This document shows, piece by piece, positions 39,668 to 49,822 of a stretch of DNA of 64,000 bases. The notes beneath the pieces were generated by a model. That model had not been told where the DNA came from. It saw only the letters and a program-made list of their open reading frames with translations, and did not search any database. This DNA is from Syntrophales bacterium (GTDB lineage Bacteria > Desulfobacterota > Syntrophia > Syntrophales > UBA6807). Within the stretch, counting starts at the first letter, position 1. Each line of letters opens with the position of its first letter. A program made the position numbers and the translations under genes. The DNA lies in contig JAXGPA010000001.1 in the NCBI GenBank assembly GCA_040767195.1, positions 736,001-800,000 of the forward strand, written 5' to 3'.

Positions 39668-40126
39668 TTACCAGACCCGCCTCAAGGGCGGGGTTTCCAG
39701 GTTGCACCACGACCGGATCTGTTCAGCCGTCAACACGCGCCGGATTTCTATCTGGCACTGAATGCCCGCCATCTCCAGTTCACTTCGAACCTTTCCAATA
39801 TCCGAGGCCGCGGAGAGAATATCCGTGTCCCGGGCGTCCGGGTTTCTCAAGAGGGCCGCGACTTCCAGCTGCTTGAGCATGATCTGGCTTCGAAGCTGCA
39901 TAAACAGATTATTGTACTTGAGGCTTATCCTGTCAATGGCCTCGACCTGCTCGGAAGAGAGGATCATTTTCGAAATGGGGGTGCACTTGCAGGCCCCGTC
40001 TTCTTCCTGCATGGGCGTAGCCGTCTCTTTTTTTCCCTCCTGTGTCTCTTCCCCGGAAACGGGAGAAACGGAATAAAGGGCAAGAGAGAGGGCAAGAGCC
40101 AGAAGAAAATAAAAACATTTTTTCAT
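39668..40126 (-). CDS. Periplasmic Spy/CpxP/ZraP-family protein
   Basis: AGGAG RBS, signal peptide, LSSEQ and LTAEQ motifs; precedes the kinase/regulator pair. Confidence 0.8.
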   Translation of the reverse strand: MKKCFYFLLALALSLALYSVSPVSGEETQEGKKETATPMQEEDGACKCTPISKMILSSEQVEAIDRISLKYNNLFMQLRSQIMLKQLEVAALLRNPDARDTDILSAASDIGKVRSELEMAGIQCQIEIRRVLTAEQIRSWCNLETPPLRRVW

Positions 40127-40163
40127 GATTCGATTCTCCTTTTCAGCACATCGTCCTCTCTGT

Positions 40164-40180
40164 CGCAAATATTGTACCAG
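40164..40180 (-). promoter_or_regulatory. Sigma54 promoter of the zraP-like operon
   Basis: Minus strand CTGGTACAATATTTGCG = TGGYAC-N5-TTGC. Confidence 0.8.
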
Positions 40181-40426
40181 AGAACGGGGCCGACAAAACC
40201 GGCGAAACGCTTCCTGACGACTGCCGGAGACGTCTGACGGACAACCCCTGAAGCGGCCCCCGGAAATCTTTTTTACATCAGGAAAATTCGCCTTTTCAGC
40301 ATGCTGCATTGAAATAGATATTCCTTTTCACGAGATAATGCAAACCAAAGAACACGGGATGCCAGACGGAAAATGGCATTGTCCCGGACGGCGCGGCGAC
40401 AATGACGGTCCCGGCGGCCTCGAAAA

Positions 40427-40440
40427 CGACAATAATGTCG
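40427..40440. promoter_or_regulatory. Putative enhancer/regulator palindrome
   Basis: CGACA-ATAA-TGTCG, with a partial copy CGACAATG at 40397; about 250 bp upstream of the sigma54 promoter. Confidence 0.45.
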
Positions 40441-40590
40441 AACCCGTCTTTTTCTCGGCTTCAGATCTATCCATTTTTTAATCAATTATCCATCCACAGG
40501 GCTTCCCTGGAAAATTGGATTCCCGGCTGTCAAGGACAGGATTCATATTTTCTTTGACTTGATTTTCCTTTTTTCTTTATAGTGCTTTCC

Positions 40591-41679
40591 ATGACCCGCT
40601 CCCGTCTCCTTCATGAAAAAGACATTCAGCGGAAAACCGTGACGACGTCATCCGATGATTTCATTTTCTGTGAACGTTTCCTGAGAAAGGTCTCCCGGAC
40701 GTTTGCCGTGAACATCGGGGTCCTTCGGGGACCTGTTTACCGGGGCGTCCTGATTGCCTATCTCCTGTGCCGCATGGCCGACACGATCGAGGACGACCCG
40801 GAGATGGCGCCTTCTCTGAAGACGGAAAAACTTCGCCAGTATGCCTCCATGTTTCCGCCGTCCCGAAATTTTGAAAACGGTTATGTCGACTTTCTTGACG
40901 ACCTTCCCTTCAGGGAGGACGAGGATGAAAGCATCCTTCTCCACAGCGGCAGCCGGGTCCTTCGGGAATTCGTCAAGCTTCCTCCCTCCCTCGTGAAAAT
41001 CGTCTCCACCCATGTCCGGGAAATGGCGGAAGGGATGGCGCGGTTTCAGGAGCGCGTCGCAAAGGAAGGGACCTCTTTTCTCCGGGACGAAAAAGACCTT
41101 CGAAAATACTGTTATTTCGTTGCCGGTACCGTGGGCGTCATGCTGACGGGTATCTTCACCGGGCACACGTCCCGCATCTCGCCGGCGGCCAGGCGGATCC
41201 TCGAAAACAAAAGCGTCGCTTTCGGGCAGGGTCTTCAGATCACGAACATCGCCCGGGATGTCTTTGGAGACCAGGCAAGAGGCTGGTGCTACATTCCCCG
41301 GTCGTTCTTCCCTGAATCGACCCATTTTCCCATGGACCTGTCAGCGCCGGGAAACCGGGACGCCCTCGTGCAGGCCCACCGGCGTCTTGTCCGCCTGGCC
41401 GCGGATTGTCTTGACGACGCCCTGGAATACACCCTGGCGCTCCCGCGAAGCCTCTATCGCTTAAGGCTTTTTTGCCTTTGGCCTCTTTTCATGGCCGTCG
41501 AGTCCCTCGGAAAGATCAGCGGTGACGGGGATTTTCTCACCGGGAAGCCCGTCAAAATCACCCGGGGCGACGTGAAGCGGATCGTCAGAAACACGAGCCT
41601 GGCCGTCTTTTCGAATCACGCTCTTCGAAAAATGTACGGGAACGCCCGCAAACGGGTCTTGACGACCCCGCCTCTATGA
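40591..41679 (+). CDS. Squalene/phytoene synthase family (squalene-synthase-like)
   Basis: VSRTFA, YLLCRMADTIEDD, YCYFVAGTVG and GLQITNIARD. Confidence 0.88.
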   Translation: MTRSRLLHEKDIQRKTVTTSSDDFIFCERFLRKVSRTFAVNIGVLRGPVYRGVLIAYLLCRMADTIEDDPEMAPSLKTEKLRQYASMFPPSRNFENGYVDFLDDLPFREDEDESILLHSGSRVLREFVKLPPSLVKIVSTHVREMAEGMARFQERVAKEGTSFLRDEKDLRKYCYFVAGTVGVMLTGIFTGHTSRISPAARRILENKSVAFGQGLQITNIARDVFGDQARGWCYIPRSFFPESTHFPMDLSAPGNRDALVQAHRRLVRLAADCLDDALEYTLALPRSLYRLRLFCLWPLFMAVESLGKISGDGDFLTGKPVKITRGDVKRIVRNTSLAVFSNHALRKMYGNARKRVLTTPPL

Positions 41680-43232
41680 TCCTCCTTGTTCATCCCCCCG
41701 TGTCCCGGCCTTCAGAACCCCCGCCGGGACTGGTCCGCCTGGCCGGCGCCCTCACCGCTTACCAGGTACCCCATCGAATTCTGGACGTCAACGTGGAAGG
41801 GCTTCTGTTTCTTCTTTCCAGGGACCTGGGACACAAAAAGGACACCCGGACCGTCCGGGCGTTCCGCCATGTCTCTCAAAACATTGAGATACTGAAAAAT
41901 GAAAAGGGCTATGAAAATATAGACCGATACCGGAAAGCCGTCCATGAGTTGAACCACCTGCTCCAGGCCCCTTTCGATTCCGCCTCCCGGCGCCTCCAGC
42001 TGGGTAATTACCAGGATGCCCGCTTTTCGCCGCTGAAATCGGAAAACCTTCTTCGAATGGCCCAGACACCGGAAGAAAATCCCTTTTTCCCTTATTTCAG
42101 GAGTCGGCTCACGACCCTTCTGGAACAACAAACGCCGGAGCTCATCGGCTTTTCCCTGAACTACCTGAGCCAGGCTCCGGCAACATTCGCCATGCTTGGA
42201 TTTCTTAAAAGAGAGGCGCCGGAGGTTCCACGGGTTCTCGGGGGCGGGCTGGTGACCTCCTGGGCAAGCCGGCCGGGATGGAAGAACCCTTTTACGGAAC
42301 TGGTGGACCATCTCATCCCGGGTCCTGGTGAGGAACCTCTCCTGGCCCTGGCCGGGATAAGGGAGGCCGGCATGACGGCCTGCCTTCCAAACCTGGACGG
42401 GTTCCCTCGGAACGCCTATCTTTCACCGGGCCTGGTTCTTCCCTACGACGCGTCTTCGGGCTGCTACTGGAGGCGATGCGCCTTCTGCCCGGAACGGGCG
42501 GAGGGAAAACCCTATCGGCCCATTCCCGCAGGACGGGTCCTGGAAGACCTGGACATTCTCTGCCGGAGGCATGCGCCCCGCCTCATCCACTTCGTCGACA
42601 ACGCCCTGAGCCCCTCCCTTCTCCGGGTTCTTGCCGGAACAAGGCTTCCGGCACCCTGGTACGGGTTCGCCAGAGTTTCAGACGATCTCGACGATGATGA
42701 TTTCGTTCGCTGTCTCCGGTCCTCGGGATGCGTCATGCTCAAGCTGGGGATTGAATCGGGGAGCCAGGCGGTGCTGGATGGGCTGAACAAGGGGATCGAC
42801 GTCGAAACGGCTTCCCGCGTTCTCACGAGGCTTCACCGGGCGGGTATCGTCCCCTACGGGTATTTTCTTTTCGGCACACCGGCGGAAACGGAAGAGACGG
42901 CCCGGGAGACCCTCCGTTTCATCGCCCGGCACGGATCCGCCATGGGTTTCGTGAACCTGGCCGTCTTCAATCTCCCCACTTTCGGACCGGAATCGGAAAG
43001 ACTCGAAACCCGTGACTTTTATGAGGGGGATCTCGCCCTTTACCGGGACTTCGAGCATCCCCTCGGGTGGAATCGGGACCGCGTCCGGATCTTCATCGAC
43101 CGGACCGTGAAGCGCCACCCCGCGGTGGCGGCCGTCCTTCGGCGGGAACCGCCGACCTTCGGTTCAAGCCATGCCCCCCTTTTCGCCATGGCCTGGAAAC
43201 GGTCAGGCGAAAACGAATTCATGCCCTCTTAG
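41676..43232 (+). CDS. B12-binding-type radical SAM protein
   Basis: N-terminal HPP..PPPGL, IGFSL and VLGGG; CYWRRCAFC; LGIESGS; YFLFGTP. ATGA overlap with the upstream gene. Confidence 0.85.
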   Translation: MILLVHPPVSRPSEPPPGLVRLAGALTAYQVPHRILDVNVEGLLFLLSRDLGHKKDTRTVRAFRHVSQNIEILKNEKGYENIDRYRKAVHELNHLLQAPFDSASRRLQLGNYQDARFSPLKSENLLRMAQTPEENPFFPYFRSRLTTLLEQQTPELIGFSLNYLSQAPATFAMLGFLKREAPEVPRVLGGGLVTSWASRPGWKNPFTELVDHLIPGPGEEPLLALAGIREAGMTACLPNLDGFPRNAYLSPGLVLPYDASSGCYWRRCAFCPERAEGKPYRPIPAGRVLEDLDILCRRHAPRLIHFVDNALSPSLLRVLAGTRLPAPWYGFARVSDDLDDDDFVRCLRSSGCVMLKLGIESGSQAVLDGLNKGIDVETASRVLTRLHRAGIVPYGYFLFGTPAETEETARETLRFIARHGSAMGFVNLAVFNLPTFGPESERLETRDFYEGDLALYRDFEHPLGWNRDRVRIFIDRTVKRHPAVAAVLRREPPTFGSSHAPLFAMAWKRSGENEFMPS

Positions 43233-43235
43233 CGA

Positions 43236-43523
43236 TCAGAAATCGAAGTCGGCCGCCACGATCTTTTCGCAGACAGCCTTCACCCTGGCGAGAACCACAA
43301 CGTGATCCGGGTGGGCCTGGTAACGCTTGAGGGCCTCGGCATCCTGAAAAGCCGACACGAGGGCGAAATCATAGGCCCGCTCCGGACGCCTGTCCCGGCC
43401 GAACTCGTACTGCCGGATCTCGGGGATAACCGGGGGAAGGGACGCCAGCCCCCTTTCCATGTCGCGGATATCTTTCTCAGAAGCCCCTTCCTTGAATGTC
43501 ATGAGAACAATGTGCTTCAGCAT
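43236..43523 (-). CDS. Dabb-family (stress-responsive A/B barrel) protein
   Basis: MLKHIVL, YDFALVSAF and YQAHPDH. Confidence 0.88.
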   Translation of the reverse strand: MLKHIVLMTFKEGASEKDIRDMERGLASLPPVIPEIRQYEFGRDRRPERAYDFALVSAFQDAEALKRYQAHPDHVVVLARVKAVCEKIVAADFDF

Positions 43524-43704
43524 GTTCCTTCTCCTGAAATTTTCATGTTCCCTTCACCGGCGGTTCCGATCTCCCGTTCCCGGCCGGATTTCCCGCAATA
43601 CGTTAAAAGCCCTGCCGGAAGCCAATCATGACAGCAGGGCTTTTACCTCTTAATCTGTTTCTAAATGTTCCTCAATGTCGTGTTTTAAAACTTTTCAGAT
43701 CTAG

Positions 43705-44322
43705 TCAGTCTCTCAGGTTTTCAACGTTCCTCCGGAACGGCCGGGACGCCGCCTCGTCCCGCTTCGTGAAAGCGAGTTCAGCGGCAATTTCGGCGGCATC
43801 GGTGATCAGTTCCCGGCAGAAAAGGGCGTGATCCCGGCAGAGCCAGGACTCCTGCCACTTGGCGGTGAGTTCCCGGCAAAGGGTCTTGCCGTACTTGTCC
43901 GCCAGACGGTTTGGAATCTGGTTGAACAACCGATAGAGGCCCCGTTTCCCGTAAAGCTCGTCCACCGCCTTCTTGATGCTTTCCTGGCCCTCCCCTTCAG
44001 GAAGACCGGGCCTGCCGTGGACGGCACCGACAGCAAGGACAGCGCCGGTAACGGCTCCGCAGGTGTCTCCAAAAAGACCGACCCCGCCCCCGAAACCCGT
44101 AGCCACTTTCTTCGCTTCCGACGGCAATCCCGTCTCCACGACGGCAAGAACGGCCTCCATGACACACTCGGCGCAATTGTAACCGAGTGTAAAATTTTTT
44201 CGGGCTCTCTTCTTGATCATTTCAATTTTTTCTTTTTTCCCCTCGCCGAAAGCATCAAACAAAACTTCGCTTTTTTTCTGTCCCTCACTGTTTTCCTTCA
44301 TTTTTCCATCCTGAGCGTCCAT
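43705..44322 (-). CDS. C-GCAxxG-C-C family putative redox protein
   Basis: YNCAECV, GFGGG...CGAVTGA, LCRELT and FCRELI. Confidence 0.85.
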   Translation of the reverse strand: MDAQDGKMKENSEGQKKSEVLFDAFGEGKKEKIEMIKKRARKNFTLGYNCAECVMEAVLAVVETGLPSEAKKVATGFGGGVGLFGDTCGAVTGAVLAVGAVHGRPGLPEGEGQESIKKAVDELYGKRGLYRLFNQIPNRLADKYGKTLCRELTAKWQESWLCRDHALFCRELITDAAEIAAELAFTKRDEAASRPFRRNVENLRD

Positions 44323-44520
44323 ATCTAACTCCTCGGTTTCGATCCCTGTTCCCCGGTTCTCGGTCTTCCGCCCTCAAGGCACACCCCGAGTCAGGAGAAC
44401 ACGTCTCTTGCCCTTCACCTTTCGGATCTGCAGGTCCTGGATCACCCCTGAGCGCCGGCATCTTACCGAAACGGCCCGTAAAAAATCCCTTTCGTGTCAC
44501 CCCGCGAAAAAATGAATTTA

Positions 44521-45309
44521 TTACTTCATCTTCCAGGCCGGGGGCCTTTTCTCACTGAACGCCGTTATACCCTCCAGTGAATCGTCCAGCGTGCACAGAA
44601 GGGCAAACTGGTTGTTCACAAGTTCCATGGCCTTGCCGAATTCCAGGTCGGACTGATCGTAGAAGGACTTTTTAGCCAACCAGAGCGCAAGGGGGCTTTT
44701 CGCTGCCAGTTCCTTGGCCAGGGCCATGGTTTCCTCTTTAAGCGATCCCTTCGGGACGACCTTGTTGATAAGACCGATTCTTTCCGCTTCATCGGCCAGG
44801 ATAAGATTCCCCCGGAGGACAAGTTCCATGGTCTTTTTCTTCCCGATATTGCGATAAAGGGGAACCTGGGGACCGATGCAGTTCAGGCCCACGTTGATCG
44901 CCGTCGCTCCGAACCGGACGCCCTCCTCCGCGATCGCCAGGTCCGCGGCGGCGACGATGCCGATGCCGTTGGCGACGGCGAACCCGTGAACGGAAGCGAT
45001 GACCGGTTTTTTAATTTTCGCGATGGTGACAATGGCCTTCTCCATGAGCGTGATCCACTCGTAGTACTCGGCGGGAGTCATCGCCTTGAAAACTTCCGGA
45101 GAAACATCGATCCCGGCGGAGAAGCATTTCCCCGCCCCGTTGATGACGATGACCCGGACCTCCTTGTCCGCGTCCAGATCCAGGAGGGCCTGGCTGAGAT
45201 CCCCGGCAAGATCGGTATTGAACGTATTCAAGGCCTCCGGCCGGTTCAACGTGATAATGCCGACCAGCCCCTGTTCCTCCTTTGTGACCGCAACCGCTTT
45301 GTACGCCAT
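44521..45309 (-). CDS. Crotonase-superfamily protein lacking the canonical catalytic Glu residues
   Basis: LNRPEALN, FSAGID, PVIASVHG and EGITAFSEKRPP. Confidence 0.88.
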   Translation of the reverse strand: MAYKAVAVTKEEQGLVGIITLNRPEALNTFNTDLAGDLSQALLDLDADKEVRVIVINGAGKCFSAGIDVSPEVFKAMTPAEYYEWITLMEKAIVTIAKIKKPVIASVHGFAVANGIGIVAAADLAIAEEGVRFGATAINVGLNCIGPQVPLYRNIGKKKTMELVLRGNLILADEAERIGLINKVVPKGSLKEETMALAKELAAKSPLALWLAKKSFYDQSDLEFGKAMELVNNQFALLCTLDDSLEGITAFSEKRPPAWKMK

Positions 45310-45428
45310 GACATTTCCCTCCTTTGATTTTTGAGTGACCGCAAAGGCTGTCCGCACCGCGAACAGCGTTTCATAAGCAAGGTTTTTAAAACCACTTTTC
45401 TTTCATGGAATTCAATGGAAAAAGCCGG

Positions 45429-46004
45429 TTACTTAACCAGGATGAGACCGATCCATGACACCTTTTCCCGGACGGGGAAGGCCACGGACATTCCCGCCTT
45501 CTCTGCCGTCTTGATGACATCGATCCCCATGGACTCCATGGAGGGACGGGCTTTGAAAGGAAACCGGCAGGCCTCGCCCGTCACGGCCCCGCAGATTTCA
45601 CACAGGCGGCAGCATCCGCCGATGAATCCCGCTGCAAATCGATATCCCATGGAAAAGGCTTTCTTCTCTCCCCGGTTGATGATTTCATGGAGCAGCCCGG
45701 CAGAGCGGAAGGGATCGCCTTCGGCTTCCGCCAGGTCGTCGATCACCCGAACGAGAATTCCTCTTTTATAGTTCTTCAAGGCCTTTTTGAATTCGGCCGG
45801 CGAAGGAACGTGGGGCGGGCAGGTGTAATTTCTGCCGTACGTGTCGCAAAGAGGCACCTGGCACTTCAGCCGGACCCGCTCATCGACGGAAATACCCACG
45901 GCGGAGATGATCGCCGCTTCATCCGCCCCGTTCTCCCGGACGAACGCGACGAGTCTCTCAAGATCCTTATCCGTCTTTCCGGGCTTTCCGCCTTTAGAAT
46001 TCAA
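45429..46004 (-). CDS. DUF2284-family Cys-rich metal-binding protein (start approximate)
   Basis: VRLKCQVPLC..YG..YTCPP, GCCRLCEIC and CRFP.KARPSMESMGIDV. Confidence 0.85.
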   Translation of the reverse strand: MNSKGGKPGKTDKDLERLVAFVRENGADEAAIISAVGISVDERVRLKCQVPLCDTYGRNYTCPPHVPSPAEFKKALKNYKRGILVRVIDDLAEAEGDPFRSAGLLHEIINRGEKKAFSMGYRFAAGFIGGCCRLCEICGAVTGEACRFPFKARPSMESMGIDVIKTAEKAGMSVAFPVREKVSWIGLILVK

Positions 46005-46557
46005 TCCCTTCCCGTTCCTTGACCCCCTTGGCATAGTGATGCTTGATCTCCCGGACCTCGCTCACCGTGTCGGCCAGAGCGATGACCTCTTCGGGGGCAT
46101 AGCGGCCGGTGAGCAGAAGGTCCCTCTCGGGCGGCTTTTCCCGGATGAGATCGAGAACCTGGGAAAGGGAAACAAGCTCGAAGTCGAGGGCCACGTTGAC
46201 TTCATCAAGAATCACCATCTGGTATTTGCCCGAGTGCAGGGCTTCCCGGGCCAGGTCAAGGCCCCTCTGGGCCAGTTCCACGTCGACCGGCGCGGGATTC
46301 CCCCGCATGACGAAGCTGTCCAGGCCGGACCGGACAATGGTCAGGCCCGGAAGATACTTTTCAGCGGCCAGGACTTCCCCGTACTTTTTTCCCTTCATGA
46401 ACTGGACCATGAAGACATTCATGCCGTGCCCGATGGCACGAAGGGCCTGGCCGAGGGCCGCCGTGGTCTTTCCCTTCCCGTCCCCGGTGAGGACGATGAC
46501 CAGGCCTTTTCGATACTTCGCAAGGACATCCTCCATGGACATCTTCCTTTCTACCAT
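45994..46557 (-). CDS. cobO: Cob(I)alamin adenosyltransferase, CobO/BtuR type
   Basis: TGDGKGKTTAALG, VQFMKG, ILDE, LTGR and KHHY..GIEF. Confidence 0.93.
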   Translation of the reverse strand: MVERKMSMEDVLAKYRKGLVIVLTGDGKGKTTAALGQALRAIGHGMNVFMVQFMKGKKYGEVLAAEKYLPGLTIVRSGLDSFVMRGNPAPVDVELAQRGLDLAREALHSGKYQMVILDEVNVALDFELVSLSQVLDLIREKPPERDLLLTGRYAPEEVIALADTVSEVREIKHHYAKGVKEREGIEF

Positions 46558-46668
46558 CTCTCCATCATCGCGTCGGGAGCCGCTTTCCGCTAAAAACCCG
46601 GGGACGATTGAAAAACCGATCAACCCGGGCTTAGGCCGAATGCATTGGAATGAAAAAATCTATTCCCG

Positions 46669-47634
46669 TTATGAAAATTCCTTGAGATAACGCCCGGCAA
46701 TTTCCTCCGCGCAGGAGTATGGATCGGTCTCTTTCTTGAGGCAGCGGTCGGCCATCTTTTCGAGTTCCCCGTCCGCCACCAGCCGGTTCAAAATCGGCTC
46801 CAGGATACAGGCGCGGAGGGATTCATTCAATTCATGGATGGTTTTTCGTCGGATGCGGCTTCCCAGGAGTCCCTTTTCCAGGAGATGGGCATAGTGCCTC
46901 TGGATGGCCTCGGACACCTGGCCGACCTGTTCCTTGAACTTGTCCGGCTGAAAGACGCTTTCCACCCGGACGATGGGCGGACGCCAGTCGCCCTTGGAAA
47001 AGCCGGCCATGTCGAGCATCATCATGAGGTCCCGGTAGAGCTTTCCCGTCCCTTCCCGGTCCGCCTTGTTGATGATGAAGAGATCGGCGATTTCCATGAT
47101 CCCGGCCTTGATGGCCTGGATCTCGTCTCCCATGCCCGGTATCAGGACAACGATGACCGTGTGGGCGTGATTGATGATTTCCACCTCCTGCTGGCCCGTG
47201 CCCACGGTCTCGATGATCACCACATCTTTCCCCATGACATCGAGGACATGAACGGCATCCCCGACAGCCTTGGAAAGCCCCCCCAGGGCTCCCCGGGTGG
47301 CAAGGCTTCGAACGAAAACCCCGGGGTCCTCCGTGTGCCGCTGAAGCCGGATCCGGTCACCAAGAATGGCCCCGCCGGTGAAAGGACTCGTCGGGTCCAC
47401 GAGAAGGACACCTACCGTCTTCCCTTTTTCCCGGTTGGCCGCAATGATGGAGTCGATAAGGGTGCTCTTTCCCGCGCCGGGGGAACCGGTGACGCCGATG
47501 ACGTGGGCTTTTCCCGTGTAGGGGAAGATATGCTTGATTGTGGTTTTGGCCTCGGGGATATTATCCTCCAGGTTCCGGATGACCCGCGTTGCCGTTCGAA
47601 CGTCCCCTTCTCTGATTTTTTTTACTTTTTCCAT
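46669..47634 (-). CDS. meaB: MeaB/ArgK GTPase chaperone of the B12 mutase
   Basis: GSPGAGKST, DPTSPFTGGAILGDRIR, ETVGTGQ and NKAD. Confidence 0.93.
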   Translation of the reverse strand: MEKVKKIREGDVRTATRVIRNLEDNIPEAKTTIKHIFPYTGKAHVIGVTGSPGAGKSTLIDSIIAANREKGKTVGVLLVDPTSPFTGGAILGDRIRLQRHTEDPGVFVRSLATRGALGGLSKAVGDAVHVLDVMGKDVVIIETVGTGQQEVEIINHAHTVIVVLIPGMGDEIQAIKAGIMEIADLFIINKADREGTGKLYRDLMMMLDMAGFSKGDWRPPIVRVESVFQPDKFKEQVGQVSEAIQRHYAHLLEKGLLGSRIRRKTIHELNESLRACILEPILNRLVADGELEKMADRCLKKETDPYSCAEEIAGRYLKEFS

Positions 47635-47711
47635 CTTCCCGCCAATCTGTCATGAAGCGGGAGGCGCAGACGCCGCAGCGCCTTGCCTCCCGCCCGTTGA
47701 TTATTCTGATG

Positions 47712-48113
47712 CTATCTCGGTTTTACGTTTGTCCGGATCCAGTCGAGGATCGAATCCAGGGTCGCTCCAGGGACGAAGATGGCCTTCAGACCCGCGTCGT
47801 GCATGGACTTTAAATCCTGATCGGGGATGATGCCCCCGCCGATGACGGTGATGTCATCCGCCCCCTGCTCCCTCAGAAGTTCCACGACCTTCGGGAAAAG
47901 GTACTTGTGAGCGCCGGAAAGGCAGCTTAGCCCCACCAGGTCCACGTCTTCCTGAATGGCCGACGCCGCAATCTGTTCCGGCGTCTGGTGACAGCCCGTG
48001 TAAATCACTTCAAAACCCGCATCCCGGAAGCAGCGGGCCAGGACCCGGGCCCCCCGGTCATGCCCGTCAAGGCCGGGCTTTGCAACCATCACTCGAAGTT
48101 TCCTGTCTGCCAT
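47712..48113 (-). CDS. Cobalamin-binding small subunit of acyl-CoA mutase (IcmB-like)
   Basis: [11 protein letters not shown] (DxHxxG), GLSCLSGAH and GGGIIP. Confidence 0.93.
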   Translation of the reverse strand: MADRKLRVMVAKPGLDGHDRGARVLARCFRDAGFEVIYTGCHQTPEQIAASAIQEDVDLVGLSCLSGAHKYLFPKVVELLREQGADDITVIGGGIIPDQDLKSMHDAGLKAIFVPGATLDSILDWIRTNVKPR

Positions 48114-48139
48114 GTGTTTTCCCTCCCTTTCCCAAAACC

Positions 48140-49822
48140 TTAGTAGAGTCCCGGATCCCTGTATTCGCCGAAGACTTCGCGGTAGACGTCGCAGATTTCC
48201 TGAACGCTGACCAGGTTCTTCACCGCCTCGATGCAGTAGGGCATGACGTTTTCCCCCTTCTTGCAGGCGGCCTTCAGGTCGTCCAGGCTCTTCTTCACGG
48301 CCTTGCCGTCCCGCTTGCGGCGGACGGCGCTCAGCCGCTCAATCTGCTGCTCTTCAACGGAATCGTCGATTTCCAGGAAGGGAATTTCGCCCTTGTCCTC
48401 GGTGACATACTTGTTGACACCGATCATGATCTTCTCGCCGGCATCGATCTGATTCTGGTACTTGTAAGCCGCGTCGGCGATCTCGAGCTGGGGGAAGCCC
48501 TTTTCGATGGCCGCCACCATGCCGCCCATGTCATCGATCTTCTCGATGTATTCCCAGGATTTCTCTTCCATTTCGTTGGTCAGGGCCTCCACGAAATAGG
48601 AGCCCGCCAGCGGGTCGACCGTGTTGGCCGCACCGGTTTCCTCGGCGATGAGCTGCTGGGTCCTGAGCGCGATCTGAACGGCGTGGTCGGAGGGCAGGCA
48701 CCAGACTTCGTCAAGGGAGTTCGTGTGAAGCGACTGGGTCCCGCCGAGAACCGCCGCCAAGGCTTCCGTGGCGGTGCGGACGACGTTGTTGTATGGCTGC
48801 TGGGCCGTGAGGGAGCACCCCGCCGTCTGGGTGTGGAAGCGCATCCACCAGGACCGGGGATCTTTCGCTTTGAAGCGGTCCCGCATGAGCTTGGCCCAGA
48901 GTCTCCGGGCCGCCCGCAGCTTGGCGATCTCCTCGAAGAAGTCGATGTGGGAGTTGAAGAAGAAGGACAGCCTGGGGGCGAACTCGTCCACCTGGAGTCC
49001 CTTGCGCTTGATCACGTCGTCGGCATACTCGACGCCGTCCCGGATGGTGAAGGCCAGTTCCTGGACCGCTGTCGACCCCGCTTCCCGGATGTGGTAGCCG
49101 CTGATGCTGATGGTGTTCCACCGGGGAACGTGCTTCGTGCCGAACTCGACGGTGTCGCTGATGAGCTTCACCGAGGGTTCCGGGGGGCACATGAGGGTCT
49201 TCTGGGCGATGAACTCCTTCAACATGTCGTTCTGGATGGTGCCGCCGATCTTGGTCAGGGGGACCCCCTTGATCTGGGCGGCGGCGCAGTACATGGCCCA
49301 CAGGGCCGTCGCCGGGGGGTTGATGGTCATGGACGTGGTGATCTGGTCCATGGGGATCCCGTCGACGAGGACCATGAAATCCTCCAGGGTGTCGATGGCC
49401 ACGCCGCACTTGCCGCACTCGCCCCGGGCCTTCGGGGAATCCGTGTCGTAGCCCATGAGGGTGGGGAAGTCAAAAGCCGTGCTGAGGCCCGTCTGGCCCT
49501 GCTTGAGCAGCAGATGCCACCTTTCATTGGTGTCCTTGGCGCTCCCCATGCCGGAAAACATGCGGAAGGTCCAGTACTTGCCCCGGTACCCCGTGACCTG
49601 GTTCCCCCGGAGATAGGGGAACTGGCCGGGATAGCCGATATCCCTGGCGAAATCCATGTCCTTGATGTCTTCCGGACCATAGAGACGATTGATCTCCAGG
49701 TCGGAGACGGTGGACCATCGCTCCTTCTGGTCCGGCCACTTGGCGACGGTCTTCCGGACCTCGTCTTCCCACTTTTTTCTCATTTCGCTGGATTTTTCCA
49801 GCAGTTCCTTTGCAAAGTACAC
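48140..49822 (-). CDS. Acyl-CoA mutase large subunit, isobutyryl-CoA-mutase-type (IcmA-like)
   Basis: [37 protein letters not shown] and [16 protein letters not shown] start after AGGAGG. Confidence 0.9.
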   Translation of the reverse strand: MYFAKELLEKSSEMRKKWEDEVRKTVAKWPDQKERWSTVSDLEINRLYGPEDIKDMDFARDIGYPGQFPYLRGNQVTGYRGKYWTFRMFSGMGSAKDTNERWHLLLKQGQTGLSTAFDFPTLMGYDTDSPKARGECGKCGVAIDTLEDFMVLVDGIPMDQITTSMTINPPATALWAMYCAAAQIKGVPLTKIGGTIQNDMLKEFIAQKTLMCPPEPSVKLISDTVEFGTKHVPRWNTISISGYHIREAGSTAVQELAFTIRDGVEYADDVIKRKGLQVDEFAPRLSFFFNSHIDFFEEIAKLRAARRLWAKLMRDRFKAKDPRSWWMRFHTQTAGCSLTAQQPYNNVVRTATEALAAVLGGTQSLHTNSLDEVWCLPSDHAVQIALRTQQLIAEETGAANTVDPLAGSYFVEALTNEMEEKSWEYIEKIDDMGGMVAAIEKGFPQLEIADAAYKYQNQIDAGEKIMIGVNKYVTEDKGEIPFLEIDDSVEEQQIERLSAVRRKRDGKAVKKSLDDLKAACKKGENVMPYCIEAVKNLVSVQEICDVYREVFGEYRDPGLY

